This document shows, one piece after another, positions 50,791-64,000 of a DNA stretch of 64,000 nucleotides. The notes beneath the pieces are model-generated. The model made no database searches. It was given only the letters and a program-made list of their open reading frames with translations, and was not told the origin of the DNA. The stretch comes from Octopus bimaculoides (lineage: Eukaryota). Where the stretch lies: the NCBI RefSeq assembly GCF_001194135.2, contig NC_068989.1, positions 9,757,140-9,821,139 on the forward strand. Direction: 5' to 3'. Made by a program: the position numbers and the translations under genes. How positions within the stretch are numbered: position 1 is the stretch's first letter; each line of letters opens with the position of its first letter.

Positions 50791-51119
50791 GCACAATGAA
50801 ACACTGCAAGAATTTGAACTTATTTCCAGCAACTCTGCAATTCTTAAACATCTCATCCAATAGACTTTTGCCAGTGAAATTGGAATTTACAGCTAAATTA
50901 AGTAAACCTGCACTTCTCACCCATCTCCAGAATCCTGAACAGTTTGTATTCAGCAAGGCAAACAGAAGCAGAAATCTACCATGTTAGCCGAGTTTTCCCC
51001 ACCATTGAACTATATATGAACTGCAGTTAACCACAAGAATCAGTCAGCCAATACAAACACAAACAGAGCTATGTCTTTATAGATAAAATCCCCCACACCA
51101 CCAAACATACCCATACATG

Positions 51120-51169
<50 letters not shown>

Positions 51170-51824
51170 TTCATACCTATGTAATGCACATGTACACCAT
51201 AACCATAGCTGTCGCCACCAGCCCCGCTGCCATCGGTCTCTATACAGAGTAGGGCAATAAAATAAGCTTCGTTCAATCTGCTATCATTGCACTGGAGACA
51301 GGGAGGTGGGGGGTAAAAACTGGAAGAGAGATGTTATAAAAGACTGAAAGGAGACGCACACAAATCAATAGGGAGAAACAGCCAATGCAATATAAAATAT
51401 AACACTTAAGGAATCCTTGACTATGCAAAAAAAAAAAAATACCTTTGGAATAAGTCACAAGAAAACAGAAGAAATCAAGGAACCAACAGACGCATAGGTG
51501 TAATACGGGAAGTGGTAGGAGGGCAGGCGACATGTTTATATTAGTTGAAACGGAATCACATATTAGTCTCCTTGGACAATGTGACTAATGGCAGGAATAG
51601 ACAATGCTGAGTGTGGTTTGGGGTGGGTGGGGGGTGAGGCAGGGAAGGAGGTGTGGTTAATTATTACAATAACACTTAAAGGAATGAAGATGTAGATTTT
51701 TACTTAAAGCAAAATCTTCAGAAGTAAAATTAAGATGATCGAAACAAAAAAAAAAAACAAAAAAAAACAAAACAAATTAAAACGAACAAAATGGAATATA
51801 ATNNNNNNNNNNTATAAGGATTTC

Positions 51825-51869
<45 letters not shown>

Positions 51870-53137
51870 TGATGATGATGATGATAATGATGATGATTAT
51901 TATTTTAATAACATCTTGCATGGATAGATCTAAATACATTATATTGATGAATTTCCAATCTTAAATAATTATAAAAGCAGCTTTATGTACATGCATGTGG
52001 GTGAATGAGTGTGCGCATGCGCACAAGAATTAAGACGTATCTAGATTATCTTGCTAGTCTTCAGAGTTACCTGCAGCAATGACAAAATCTGTTAATGTTT
52101 CACAAGAGAAAGAAAAAACATCACAAAGAGAAATAACGTTAAGAAATTTATAAAATTGATTTAATAAATTAGACAAGCAGACACTTTTTTCTTCTTTTTT
52201 TTTTTGTCATTTGTTGCTTTGTTATTGCTGGGATTTTTTTTTTTTTTTTTTTGCTTTCGTTTTTCTTCTTTGCAAAATAATTTCTTTCTCAGGTGTAAAT
52301 AATAGTTTGTTATTATTCTTGTTCTCTTAATTTTCGTATTAAAATTTTAAAAAAACAGAAAACAGAAAAAAGCACATTTAAGGAGAAAAGTGAGAAGAAA
52401 GAAAAGGAAAATACAAAATACAAAAACATATATATATACATATAAAAAGGACCGTGGTTTTATATGGATAGCAGGTTTAGAGAAAATTAAATCAATAAAT
52501 GACAGAAGCAGTGACAAGGGTATTAGTGGGGAGTTTTAGGATTGAAATCAGATAATTGAGGGCTTGCTTCATCTTAATGCGATGGCTGCTGGGTGTTTGT
52601 GATAAGCTAAGCCATCTCAAGGACAGAAAACCAGAGTAGTGTATCTAGGAGGGGAAAGAGGAACAACACAGAATTTATTATCATGTGCAAGCTTGCTTCC
52701 ATCAACTTTCCCCTCTGTAATGTTTAACGAGCAAGGGCAGGCAAATAAGCAAGCAATCTCTTGTGAAAAAGAGAACACAAGCTCTGCTGATTGTTTGTAG
52801 TCATAACAAGCGATAATTAATTAAACTAATTCAATAGATAAAGGGGCAGATGTTTGCCAGATAGAAAGGATCGCATCCTACGCCCTAGACACAGCTCATT
52901 TTACAGACATACTTTTTATAACCACCTCCTATTTGGAATTACTGGAAGGAGGGAGAAAAGCATGCTTGTCTATTTTGGATGAAAGTGTGTCTCAACTTCC
53001 ATTGATGATACAGTGCTTACTTAAGCTGGGAAGGAAATTAATTCCTTTGGCTTAGAGCCTTACCTGGTTAAAATAATATCAGATTAGATAAGGTCTGAAA
53101 GTAGAGAAAGAGATGTGGAGTTTCTCAACTTTTACAA

Positions 53138-53140
<3 letters not shown>

Positions 53141-53217
<77 letters not shown>

Positions 53218-53218
53218 A
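53141..53218. repeat. (CAG)n(TAG)n compound microsatellite
   Basis: Direct inspection. Confidence 0.95.
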
Positions 53219-53660
53219 TAGTGCTAGTAATAATGGTAATGATTTATTTTATTTGATAATTTTTTAAATGATTTCTAACAAGGGCACAAAACGACAAGTT
53301 TTCGAAAGGAGTTACATTTGATGACCCATCCCCCACCTCCTCCACAAGTATATTACGGGTAGTTTCATCAATGTTCACATATGGGCTTGAATTCAGAATA
53401 CAAAGAGACATAACTAAATACCACAAGGCACCCCCTCCCTATCCTCGGTGAGTTGCCATTTCTGCTAGATTAGCACCCATCTGATTCCTACAAGTGAACT
53501 ATTTCATTATTAAGAAGAAAAAAATCAAGACAATGAAACAACAACAGGTAGGAACCCAGATTCCACTAATTTCCTGATTTCCAGATAGACACGTCCTGGT
53601 GGGCCCTTAAAAGGGTTTGAACTTCTAAGCACCAGAATGTTAAAAGTCTTCTGGTGAAAG

Positions 53661-54058
53661 AAGGAGTGGCTGTGTGGTAAGTAGCTTGCTTACCAACCAC
53701 GTGGTTCTAGGTTCAGTCTCACTGCGTGGCACTTTGGGCAAGTGTCTTCTATTATAACCTCGAGCCAACCAAAGCCTTGTCAGTGGATTTGGTAGGCAGA
53801 AACTGAAAGAAGCCCATCATATATGCATATATACATATATGTATGTGTGTGTGTGTGTGTGCGTGTTTGTCCCAACATCACTTGACAACCGATGCTGGTG
53901 TGTTTACGTCCCTGTAACTTAGCAGTTCGGCAAAAGAGACCGACAGAGTAAGTACTAAGCTTACAAAGAATAAGTCTTGGGGTCGACTTGCTCGACTAAA
54001 GGTGGTGCTCCAGCATGGCCACAATCAAATGACTGAAACAAGTCAAAGAATAAAAGAA
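53661..54058 (+). mobile_element. Full-length family B SINE
   Basis: Same head, core and tail as 50374-50790; about 200 bp from the exon donor at 54265. Confidence 0.9.
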
Positions 54059-54265
54059 TCCGCCGTTCTAGGGTTACTCTGAAGGTTAGTAAGCAGGAGG
54101 GGGGGGGGGTCGAACAAACATGTTAGTTTAGATTTGCAAAACTGAGCAATGCAAGGGTTAGTGAATTTGTTAGTTGATGTCAGAGCTGATATTTTTTTGC
54201 CCATGCCTAACGCCTACCCAAAGCTCCAGGGGCAAGATTAATTCGGTGTGCTAGTGGTGGCTTAC

Positions 54266-54362
54266 CACTACTCTTTTGAGCTTCACGTTCGCGGTGACGA
54301 TCGCTGTATCGATCTCGGTTCCGATCGCGCTCCACATCTTTGCTTGTCACTTCAGTTTTGTT
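54266..54362 (-). CDS. msn: Misshapen linker exon, Arg/Asp/Glu-rich
   Basis: tttttcag| NKTEVTSKDVERDRNRDRYSDRHREREAQKSS-G |GTAAGC; CpG-rich 97-nt island with strong splice sites; phase 0 to 1, compatible with the exon at 17165. Assigned by phase and position, not by sequence homology. Confidence 0.78.
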
Positions 54363-54556
54363 CTGAAAAATATCAAAAAAAGAAGAGAAGGATTAATACT
54401 AATGATTTCAAACTTTGGCACAAGATATCAAATTCATAAAAAAAAAAAAAAAGGTGTGGATTTAATGAAATTCAATATCAAGGGCAGTTGAATTTGAGCC
54501 CAAAATACAAAGAGATATAACAAAATACTTCAATCATTGATTCATTAATTATCACA

Positions 54557-54597
<41 letters not shown>

Positions 54598-55310
54598 CCT
54601 TTCTACTGGAGGCACAAGGCCTCAGATTTGGGAAGAGGGGACTAATTAATTACATCAACCCCAGTGATGGTACTGGTACTTAATTTATTGACCCCAAAAG
54701 GACGAAAGGCAAAGTTGACATCGGCAGAATTTGAACTCAGAACATCGCAACAGACAAAATATCGCTAAGCATTTCGTCCAGCGCGCTAATGATTCAGCCA
54801 GCTTGCCGTCTTAATAATAATAATAATAATAATAATCATAATAATAATAGAGATAGTAATTGTCTTAAATTTTGGCACAAGGCCAGCAACTTCAGGGGAA
54901 GGGTAAGTGAGTCAATTACATCAGCCCCAGTACACAACTGGTATTTATGATGATGATGATAATAATAATGATTTTACAAAACAAAAGATTGAGGACATTA
55001 CAGGATGAAATGATGGAAGGAGGAAGAGAAGGAAGAAGAAGAAGAACAACAACAACAACAACAATGACAGCAATGATGAGGATGTAAGGTGACAACAACA
55101 ACAACAATCCTTTCTTCTATAGGCACAAGGCCTGAAATTTGGTGGGAAGGGACCAGTCGATTACACCGACCCCAGTACTCAACTGGTACTTATTTTATTG
55201 GCCCCGAAAGGATGAAAGGCAAAGCCGACCCCCAGTGGAATTTGAACTCAGAACATAGCAACAGATGAAATACCGCTAAGCATTCTGTTCAACATTCTAA
55301 TGATTCTGCC
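54598..55310 (-). mobile_element. Cluster of family A SINEs (two full, one partial)
   Basis: ~54598-54812, ~54865-54945, ~55108-55310, embedded in (AAT)n/(CAA)n. Confidence 0.85.
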
Positions 55311-55907
55311 AACAACAACAACAATAAAATTCTGCCAACAACAACAACAATAAAATTCTGGTGAAATGACGAAAACGAAGAAATGAATACAATTTATTTC
55401 TACTTTCTAAGAAACTGTTTGCATTTGGATGTGTGTGTGTGTGTGTATTAAATTTTTTAAGAATGGTTTTAAAATCAGAGGATTTTTATGTCTCTGTAAT
55501 AATGTTTAAGAGATTGAGACCGAAGACAAAAAAATCAAAACTATTTCAACAAAGGTCATGATAATTTAAGAGCAGCATCTTCGAAGAACCCAACAGAGGT
55601 TTCCAAACTTGCTACATTGAAATAAGAGAGGAACGAACTGTAACATTAATTTACAGGGCATTGTTAGCTTTATCTTCACAAGTATCATTTATCTTTTAAA
55701 TTTATACTCTTGTAGCCGAAAGGATGACTGATATTCTAAGAGTTAAATTGCCAATTATCTACACATGCAACAAATTAAAGGAACATAGATAAAACGCAAT
55801 GAGAACAAATATATAGCAAAGCATACACACATATATATATATGCATGTAAGCATGTGTGTGTGTGTGAAAGCATATATATACATATGTATAAGCATATAT
55901 ATATACG

Positions 55908-55949
<42 letters not shown>

Positions 55950-56025
55950 TATATATATATACTAATATATACTTTTGTTATTTACACCACCTGTCCTCGT
56001 CTGTTGTTATTATTTGTATATTCTC

Positions 56026-56061
<36 letters not shown>

Positions 56062-56253
56062 NNNNNNNNNNNNNNNNNNNNNNNNNNNNNNNNNNNNNNN
56101 NNNNNNNNNNNNNNNNNNNNNNNNNNNNNNNNNNNNNNNNNNNNNNNNNNNNNNNNNNNNNNNNNNNNNNNNNNNNNNNNNNNNNNNNNNNNNNNNNNNN
56201 NNNNNNNNNNNNNNNNNNNNNATATATAAGCATATATATATATATATATAAGC

Positions 56254-56313
<60 letters not shown>

Positions 56314-59164
56314 ATATATAAGCATATATGTGTGTGTATATATATATATGTATATATATAAGCACGCAGACACACAGACACACAGATAGTATAGAACTTA
56401 CTACAAAGCACTATTTTATTAATAAGAAAACGTAGTGTACGAAACAAATACTGTATTAAACCTAGGTGTGTTTTGTGCTACAAGGAATTAAACGGGATAA
56501 AATATGAGACATCATTTAGCTTAACAAATATGTAGTGTCACAGGCAGAAGATGATGGTACATTAAGCAGAAAATCATGCCTGAGATATCATTTGGAAAGA
56601 TTGCTGTAGAACATATATTCTTGAAATTGGTTTCTGGTGGCAAGCAAGAGGGGGAAAGAAAGAAAGAAAGAAGTGGAGAAGAAAAGGGTGTGGGTGAAAA
56701 ATGAAGGATGAGGTAGGTAAGGGGGCACGAGATAATGATTATGAAGTAAACAAAGATGTCAGAAGCAATTTCAGTAATTCCAATTTGTATAGTTGAAGAT
56801 CTTTGTGTGAAGGATCAAGATGGTGTCCATATAGTGAAGGTTATTCTGCTTGTCTCTTGATATCTTCTCCAAACAATACAATACACTAATGAATGCTTAA
56901 TTAGGCACAGAAATATCACTGGCCAACATCGAACACACTGCTGTCCATTTTAACATCAGAATACAAATATTCGGTAAATTACACAGAAACCATCTGTTAG
57001 CAATAGCATGTTGACTTAATCAGACTCTAGCCACACACAGATTTCCATTGGAATTGCTACTATTATCATAAATCATTGTGTTGGAAAGTCTATCAGCCAT
57101 ATTGAAATGCCAGTCCTCATCCTAACTTCTGACCTCCGTTCAAGCTTCAGGTTACCATCTTCTTCATCCACATATGAACACTATACAATCAGCTGTACTG
57201 TTGGATTGACTTACTACAAACAGCTTCCATTTTTCTCAGTTTGCTCAACTCAATGTCCATCCATCTCTCTTTCTCTCTCTCTGTCTCTTTTTCTCCCTCT
57301 CTCTTTCTCTCTCTCTCCCCACCCATATTTATTACCAGTCTCCTTTTTCTTTGGACTCCAACTTGTCTGAGACTTAAAGTAACGCCACCACCCTAACTCA
57401 AACATGGTACACACAGAAAAACTATTTAATGTGAGTTTACAACATTGTTGATATTTAATTACGAAGGCACACACCTACTGACATTTTAAATCATTTGAAA
57501 AGGCCAATAAGTTCTTGAAATCTAATCAATAATAACAATTATGAAGCTAAGTGTACAGTATTAAAAACAGTCACTGCTCTGATACAGATGTATTACAAAG
57601 ATTAGTTTCAAATCCTACTTTCTTTACAAAAAATGCTACAGCTTTCTTATGTCACCCAATTCTTCATAATCAAAAAAGATCCAGAAAAATATAAATGCCA
57701 GCAAATAGTCTTTCTTGACCATTTCTTTTACAATTTTTATCTATGAGGATAAACTAAAGCCAGAAATGACGTGGTGCTTGTAACTGCAATAAAAAAGCAC
57801 TTTCTGATCTATACATCATAAAACACACACATCTCTGATAACAATTCACTGATATCAAAAATGTAGCAATGATTAATGATTAATGATTCGACAAAATCTT
57901 GTGAGAAATAGTTTCTAAAAGTCAAATAGATAAACCTATTAGCTTATGACTAGGTTGAGAAAATTAATCAAAGGACAAAAGCCATGACCTGCTGGCCCAC
58001 TAAATCAACAAGATATATGCTAGTTAATCCACCACCCTATAACTATTTAGTGGACAATAATGAAAATCGATCTTTAAAAATTGAGAAAAGTAATTAGAAA
58101 ATCATGTTTAAATCTTAGTGAGTCAATATAGTATATCTAAAAGGCCATTACCATTTCATAATTCACAATCTATTGGCAGTTTGACTAGCTGTAAATTTAT
58201 CTTTCCCTAGCTGCAGTTTCACAACATCATTATTACAGAAGTGTAGAAAATGTTGATGATGTGCAAATAAGTATATCACGACTATTGTGGCAGTAATAAA
58301 AGCTATCGTTCATCAACAGTTATGTTAACAACATATTTTAGGTCTATTCTGTTGTATAGCAAGCAGCTCTCAAAATCAGAAGACTCTGTAACAGCTTCAT
58401 TAATTCTTAATATGCTGAGATAGTCGGAACTTTGTAGTATATTACCGCAAAGGCTTCTATTGCTAAACCAACTGTCACACATAACCAGCATATAAAGTAT
58501 TTTGTTGTTTGGCTTAAATTTGCCATGGTATTGAGATGAGGAGAAATTTATGACAATAAATATGAATAACAAACTCTATCAACGTTTCTGCCAAATAAAA
58601 TTACAACTTAGTCAATAGGTTTTAAGACATCAGATCATGTAAGTGCAAACGTGTGAATATTTGTATCCAGCCAAAAGCAAGTTATTCACACGCTACAGAT
58701 ATAGGTTGTCTAAATGGAAAATCAAGGGAGATAGAAATCTGAAACAAAAAAAAAACGAAAAACCAAATTTTCTTTCTTTTAAAACAAAACTGGTTGACAA
58801 GCGAATGTGGGATTTGCTTCAGTGTCGCTCAAGTTGTTAGAAAATGCAACCAAATTTCCCTCAGTTATACTCTACTGTCATTAAAAAAAAAAAAGATAAA
58901 AGCAAAGGACACATTGGATAATGTAATCCTAGGTACACTGTACTTGATGAAGACACGATGGCTCTAGTTGCCATGCTTTTGATTGGAGGTCAACTAACTT
59001 GGAGGCTAAACAATGACAACCCCACTGTTTGAAGATTATCAACAGAGAGGGACTAAAGCGAGAAAAGTATCTTTTATGGTACTCTATGATATTTGCAGCA
59101 GGAATATATCTCAGTACATGACTTACACAGATGATAGAGTCAGGGGGCAATGTGTACTGAACTG

Positions 59165-59250
59165 TGTCCAGAAAAAAATATTTTCAATGATGAAAATATC
59201 TTCACAATGGAAGATCTGTATATGCAAATATAACAGCAATCGTGATTTGC
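59165..59250 (+). mobile_element. Possible decayed Tc1/mariner (maT-like) transposase remnant
   Basis: EKNIFNDENIFTMED...KYNSNRD resembles the first-Asp motif FxDEKIFTVEExYNxQNDR; very short match. Confidence 0.3.
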
Positions 59251-59539
59251 TTTTATTTGACACGAGGTATAGAAGTGAGTATAGTAAAGCCTAGACATTA
59301 CATGAAGGATTACAATTACACTAATTGCAATCAAAAAGACAAGAAAACAACCAGAAAAAACTGTAAATAATTGTAGTTATAAGCAGCAATTCCTTTATAA
59401 ATCAACCTTCTGACTTTTCAGAAGAGGATCAAAAAGATTGAAATATTTATGCTGTCATCATGAACGTTAGCAATATACACACAAAAACATAAAAATTCAA
59501 CTAGCTCTTTGAACATAGTCTGCTGAGATCCTCCTTCTG

Positions 59540-59771
59540 ATTTCTTTATTGCTCACAAGGGGCTAAACATAGAGGGGACAAGCAAGGACAGACAAAGGGA
59601 TTCAGTCGATTACATTGACTGCAGTGCGTAACTGGTACTTTATTTATCGACTCCAAAGGGATGAAAGGCAAAGTCGACCTCGGCGGAATTTGAACTCAGA
59701 ACGTGACAGCAGACGAAATACTGCTAAGCATTTCGCCCGGCGTGCTAACATTTCTGCCAACTCACCGCCTT
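59540..59771 (-). mobile_element. Family A SINE
   Basis: Near-identical to 3743-3977, including the AAGGGGCTAAACATAGAGGGGACA tail. Confidence 0.9.
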
Positions 59772-60984
59772 ATAAAATGTAATGACCACCACAACTTCCA
59801 CTACTACTGATTTTGGTGAGAATGAGAGTGTTAATAATGATGGTTTCGCTTGACTGAAACACCAAGACGCCAAGCCCAGTTTTTTTTTTTACGCCAGTGA
59901 GTTTTGAACTCAAGACATAAGACGATCAATACTGTACAGTAAAGTAAATTTTAGTCTGACGATACAATGTTTCAATAATACCAACAGAAGTGAAATTATT
60001 ATCCCCCCATCACCACCGCCAGTAAATAAATACATCTCTCAAGTAAATTAGTGAAAGTTTAAGCCACCGCAAAAACAAAACCAAAACAAAGAGAAGGCAG
60101 TTTAACAGCACACATTAGCATCTTACATTGAAAACCAATTAAGTATGAGTAGACTCAAAAATGTAACCACAAAATACACAATAGATGAAGTAGCTGCTTA
60201 CACCGATTTTAATTGTTGTTGAATTTCAATCTAGGATTGTATTTCTGGTCTTTCGGTTGGTTTTTAATGATTTTGTTATTGTTACAATTTTTTCCTGCTT
60301 TGTTTTGCAGATTAAATTATTTTTTGCTTTGTTTTGTTTGTTTGTTTGTTTGTTTGTACTGTATTTGCTTTGTTTTTGTAGATATTTTTTTTCTTATTTG
60401 TTTCGTCGTTTTATTTTTTTTTTAACCCATTGTTGCCTTACAATTGTATCATATAAACAAAAGGACACACAGTTTTCAAAACGATAAGGTAAACATTGAC
60501 AACACTCGTGTGTTTTGGTTTTCTTTCCTTAAAGGACATCTAACAATGGTGCAACTTGCAACACAGAAACACAATTCCCATCGTTTTAATTAGTGTACAC
60601 ATGGAAAAATGCATTGTCAAAGGAACAGGAAGAAAACTAATCACAGAGACAGAAGAGAGTGGAGAAGAAAGGACCAAAGGGGGTGGAGTGAAATTTTTTT
60701 TTATCATGTTAGTACACGGTGGATGGTTCTACAAATTCACAAAATTACATAAAGTATTTTTTTTTTTTTGTCTGATATGTTCAATTCTATTTCTATCATA
60801 ATTCTCACTTATTAAATCATAAAAGAGAATGAATAAACAGAAAGCAATAGGTGGAGAGCCTACCACTATAAACACATTAGTCTTTAAACGTTAGTCTTTA
60901 AAAGAAATGTAAGATTCTCCCAGCATAATTCTATTGAAACATCATCATCATCATCCAGTGTTTTAAATCTGAGTTTTGTCTTCA

Positions 60985-61262
60985 ACCCTGGGTCAATTAA
61001 TGCCTTAAGAGTGAATTTGGCAGACAGAAACTGAGTGGAGAGCTAGTGTGTGTATCAATGTCTGCATCTTTGTCTCCTTCCCCACTCACACCACTTGACA
61101 ACCAGTGATGGTTTGTTTATGTCCCTGTGCCTCAGTGGATCAACAAAAGAAACTATTAGAATAAGTGCCAAACTCATAAAATAGGTGCTAGGGTCAATTT
61201 ATTTGAGTAAAGCCCTTCAAGGCAGATGACTGCATTCCAATGACTGGAACAAGTACAAGGTA
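60985..61262 (+). mobile_element. Family B SINE, degenerate
   Basis: GTGAATTTGGCAGACAGAAACTG...CTTGACAACC...GAATAAGTGCC...AATGACTGGAACAAG. Confidence 0.6.
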
Positions 61263-62991
61263 ACATATAAATCTTCAGTAGAGATAATATTTTACAGAGA
61301 TGTAACTTTTCCAATTAGTCCAAATATAAGCCACTTAAGATTAAATGCTGATTTAACAGATTTAACTTTTGTTTTAGTGCCTATTGTTGTTGAACACAAA
61401 ATTAGGTTTCATACATATTCAACAATGAATTACATATTTTATTAGCCTTAATAAACCAAAATCCTGCATGTCTTGATCTTATTACTAACTTTTAGTCATT
61501 CCTAATATTTTTGTGTAAACGCAATTGTTACAGGAAAGCGTATATGAAAATTATCTCTGGATTAAGTTTAAAAAAAAAAATTATAATAATCATTATTTTT
61601 AAGATAAGCAGTTTGAACCAAATTTAAATAAAAAGACTTTTAATTTTAATCTTTTTTTTTTGTTTCATTGTTTTATATAATATTAGGTTGCATTGAAGTA
61701 AATTTTGATAACATGACATTTTGACAAAAGTAGAATTTTTCCGGAGTTAATTGCTATATTAAAACTCTTACAATGCCAGCTGATAAGAAGAAAATAAAAT
61801 AAAAAAAGAAATGGTTTTATTTAAGAAGTGATTTATCACAAAGTGAAAAATGGCCCATCAAAAATGAAAAGAGGGAAATATTGACAGTGAAAACAGCATG
61901 TCATTAGAAACTATCAATATTTCGATGGAAATACTAAAATAGTTTTAACATATTTGTAAATTATTATTATTATCTTTGATAATTAAAATTTTGTTTCTAA
62001 AATCTCTACAAAAGGAATATTATGTTACAATGTATTTGTGGTTGATTTAAATTTTATATACATAATGTCTACATATTAATTTGAACTGGTCATAAAGACA
62101 AGGAATGATGAATAATGATATTTGCAGCCAGTAAATTGTTGAAAATTATATATCCAACCAAAATAATGAATTGGCTATTGGTTTATAGTGGAAATAAAAT
62201 AATAATAATAATGATAATAAAAAAACAAATTTGAAGAAAAATAAATCTGTTAAAATCTATAAAACTCGAAAATTATAAAGGAAAGTAAAAAATTTTAAAA
62301 AATAAAAAAAACAAAGTGCCATATATTTTCATGGGAATGTAGCAATAAAAATTTCCTGTGAAGCTAACAAGAATAAATAAAATCTCATGTATGCATGGTG
62401 CTAACAAATATCAGAACATGGAAGCTAGATTGGAAAATGACAATAAAGTATAAATCAAAGACAGAATTCATGCAAAGCGGAGGCAAAATAAATTTGTCAG
62501 AGACTAAAATAGAGAAGCAGGATGGGAGAGGAGGGAGACATGGGAGGGGGAAGGGACCAGGCTTTCAACAGGAGATGAAGGGGAAACAAACGAATAAACA
62601 AACAAGATTGTTGCTCAACATTGTAAAGGGTTCGGGGTGGGGGTGGGGGGAGGTGTGTTGAACGGATTGGGGTGGGTGAGACAAGAGGGGAAAGAAAGTC
62701 TATGTAAAACAGATATATTAAAGAATTAGCCAAGAAGTTGGTAGTAAAACTGGAATACAAGGGGTTGCTTATATTTCAAATAAAATCATTCCTCACAAAT
62801 TCTCATCCTTTACATGACAGGTGGGTGTGTGTGTGTGTGTGTATGTTGGTATGTATGTGTAAATACATTAGTGAGTGCACACATACACACAAATGTGTGT
62901 GTGTGCATTTATATACTTATACATGCATATCGGATGTAAATATGATTGTGTATGTGTGTGTATGTATACAAATATATATAATATAAATAAG

Positions 62992-63035
<44 letters not shown>

Positions 63036-63137
63036 GTGCACATACAAATATACATACATATGTAAACATATACAAATAAACATACACTCGCATATCGCAT
63101 ATTTATATATGTGCATTTGTGTGATTGTGTGTGTGTC

Positions 63138-63177
<40 letters not shown>

Positions 63178-63253
63178 NNNNNNNNNNNNNNNNNNNNNNN
63201 NNNNNNNNNNNNNNNNNNNNNNNNNNNNNNNNNNNNNNNNNNNNNNNNNNNNN

Positions 63254-63304
<51 letters not shown>

Positions 63305-63789
63305 AATATATACATACATGCATATATTTATGCATGAATGTATAGGAGAAGGGGGAGAGAGAAAGAGCCTGACTAAACAACTGTCTTTATATACATACAT
63401 ACATGCATGTATGCATGCATGCATACTTATATACAAGCACATATTTACACATACTGTTTTCATAAATCTTAAAAGTTGTTTTGTGAATTTTATTTTCCAC
63501 TCTAAGATGAACAAAAAAAAATATATATATATATATATATTCAAAAAAAGAAAGAAAGAAAAAAACAAAGCGGGAAAGAAGAAAGCCAAAAAATTCAACA
63601 ACGAAGCAATGTCTGTTGATGGATAACCTGGATAAGCATGAGAGAATAAAGTGAGAAAGGGAAATTCTATGAGAATGGCGCTGACGAAGACCAAAGACTC
63701 AAACAAAGCACATAGAAGAATTACATATATAAAGAAAGATAGGAAAATAAATATTTGATAAAGAGGCAGTATGAAGATGCAGACATTAA

Positions 63790-63864
63790 GAGATGGAGAA
63801 ACAGATATACATATACACATATATGTGTGTGTGTATATACATATATATATGTATATATATATAC

Positions 63865-63895
<31 letters not shown>

Positions 63896-63929
63896 CATAT
63901 ATATATATGTATATATATATACATATATA

Positions 63930-63981
<52 letters not shown>

Positions 63982-64000
63982 CATATATATATATGTATAT
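63790..64000. repeat. (TA)n/(TATATG)n microsatellite
   Basis: Direct inspection; similar TA/CA/GA tracts flank most N gaps in the window. Confidence 0.95.

Noticed and set aside
57110-57185. Possible upstream msn exon CSYVDEEDGNLKLERRSE (minus)
   Set aside because: Acceptor lacks a polypyrimidine tract and the donor is weak; homology not convincing. The upstream exon probably lies outside the window.
59128-59162. Possible minus-strand microexon YTLPPDSIIC with perfect GTAAGT donor
   Set aside because: Abuts a probable transposase remnant; no other support.
62909-63952. 347-aa ORF and the many other [12 protein letters not shown] ORFs
   Set aside because: Dinucleotide repeats and N runs lack stop codons.
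1-64000. CRISPR arrays, operons, rRNA or other prokaryote-type systems
   Set aside because: No constant-repeat/unique-spacer arrays, no gene-dense segment; the window is eukaryotic intron sequence.

Overview
Eukaryotic, AT-rich, microsatellite- and SINE-dense scaffold with many N gaps; the repeat content suggests an Octopus (coleoid cephalopod) genome (inference). The only host gene I can support is part of a misshapen/MAP4K4/TNIK/MINK1 (GCK-IV Ste20) kinase gene on the minus strand. Three phase-compatible coding exons (54266-54362, 17041-17165, 934-1162) cover the end of the linker and the start of the CNH domain, separated by introns of about 37 kb and 16 kb. The rest is intronic: several tRNA-headed SINE families, RTE-tailed SINEs, fragments of RTE, R4/Dong-type and Penelope retroelements, a Tc1/mariner MITE, a foldback-like element and simple repeats. 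Almost all ORFs in the supplied track are microsatellite or SINE artefacts. The most interesting object is a ~500-bp palindrome (13642-14140) of two head-to-head copies of a tRNA-headed element, each carrying a Penelope-type minimal hammerhead ribozyme motif (core intact in the arm that is sense to the host pre-mRNA), directly abutting a decayed Penelope reverse transcriptase. All alignments and folds were done by eye; SINE boundaries are approximate.
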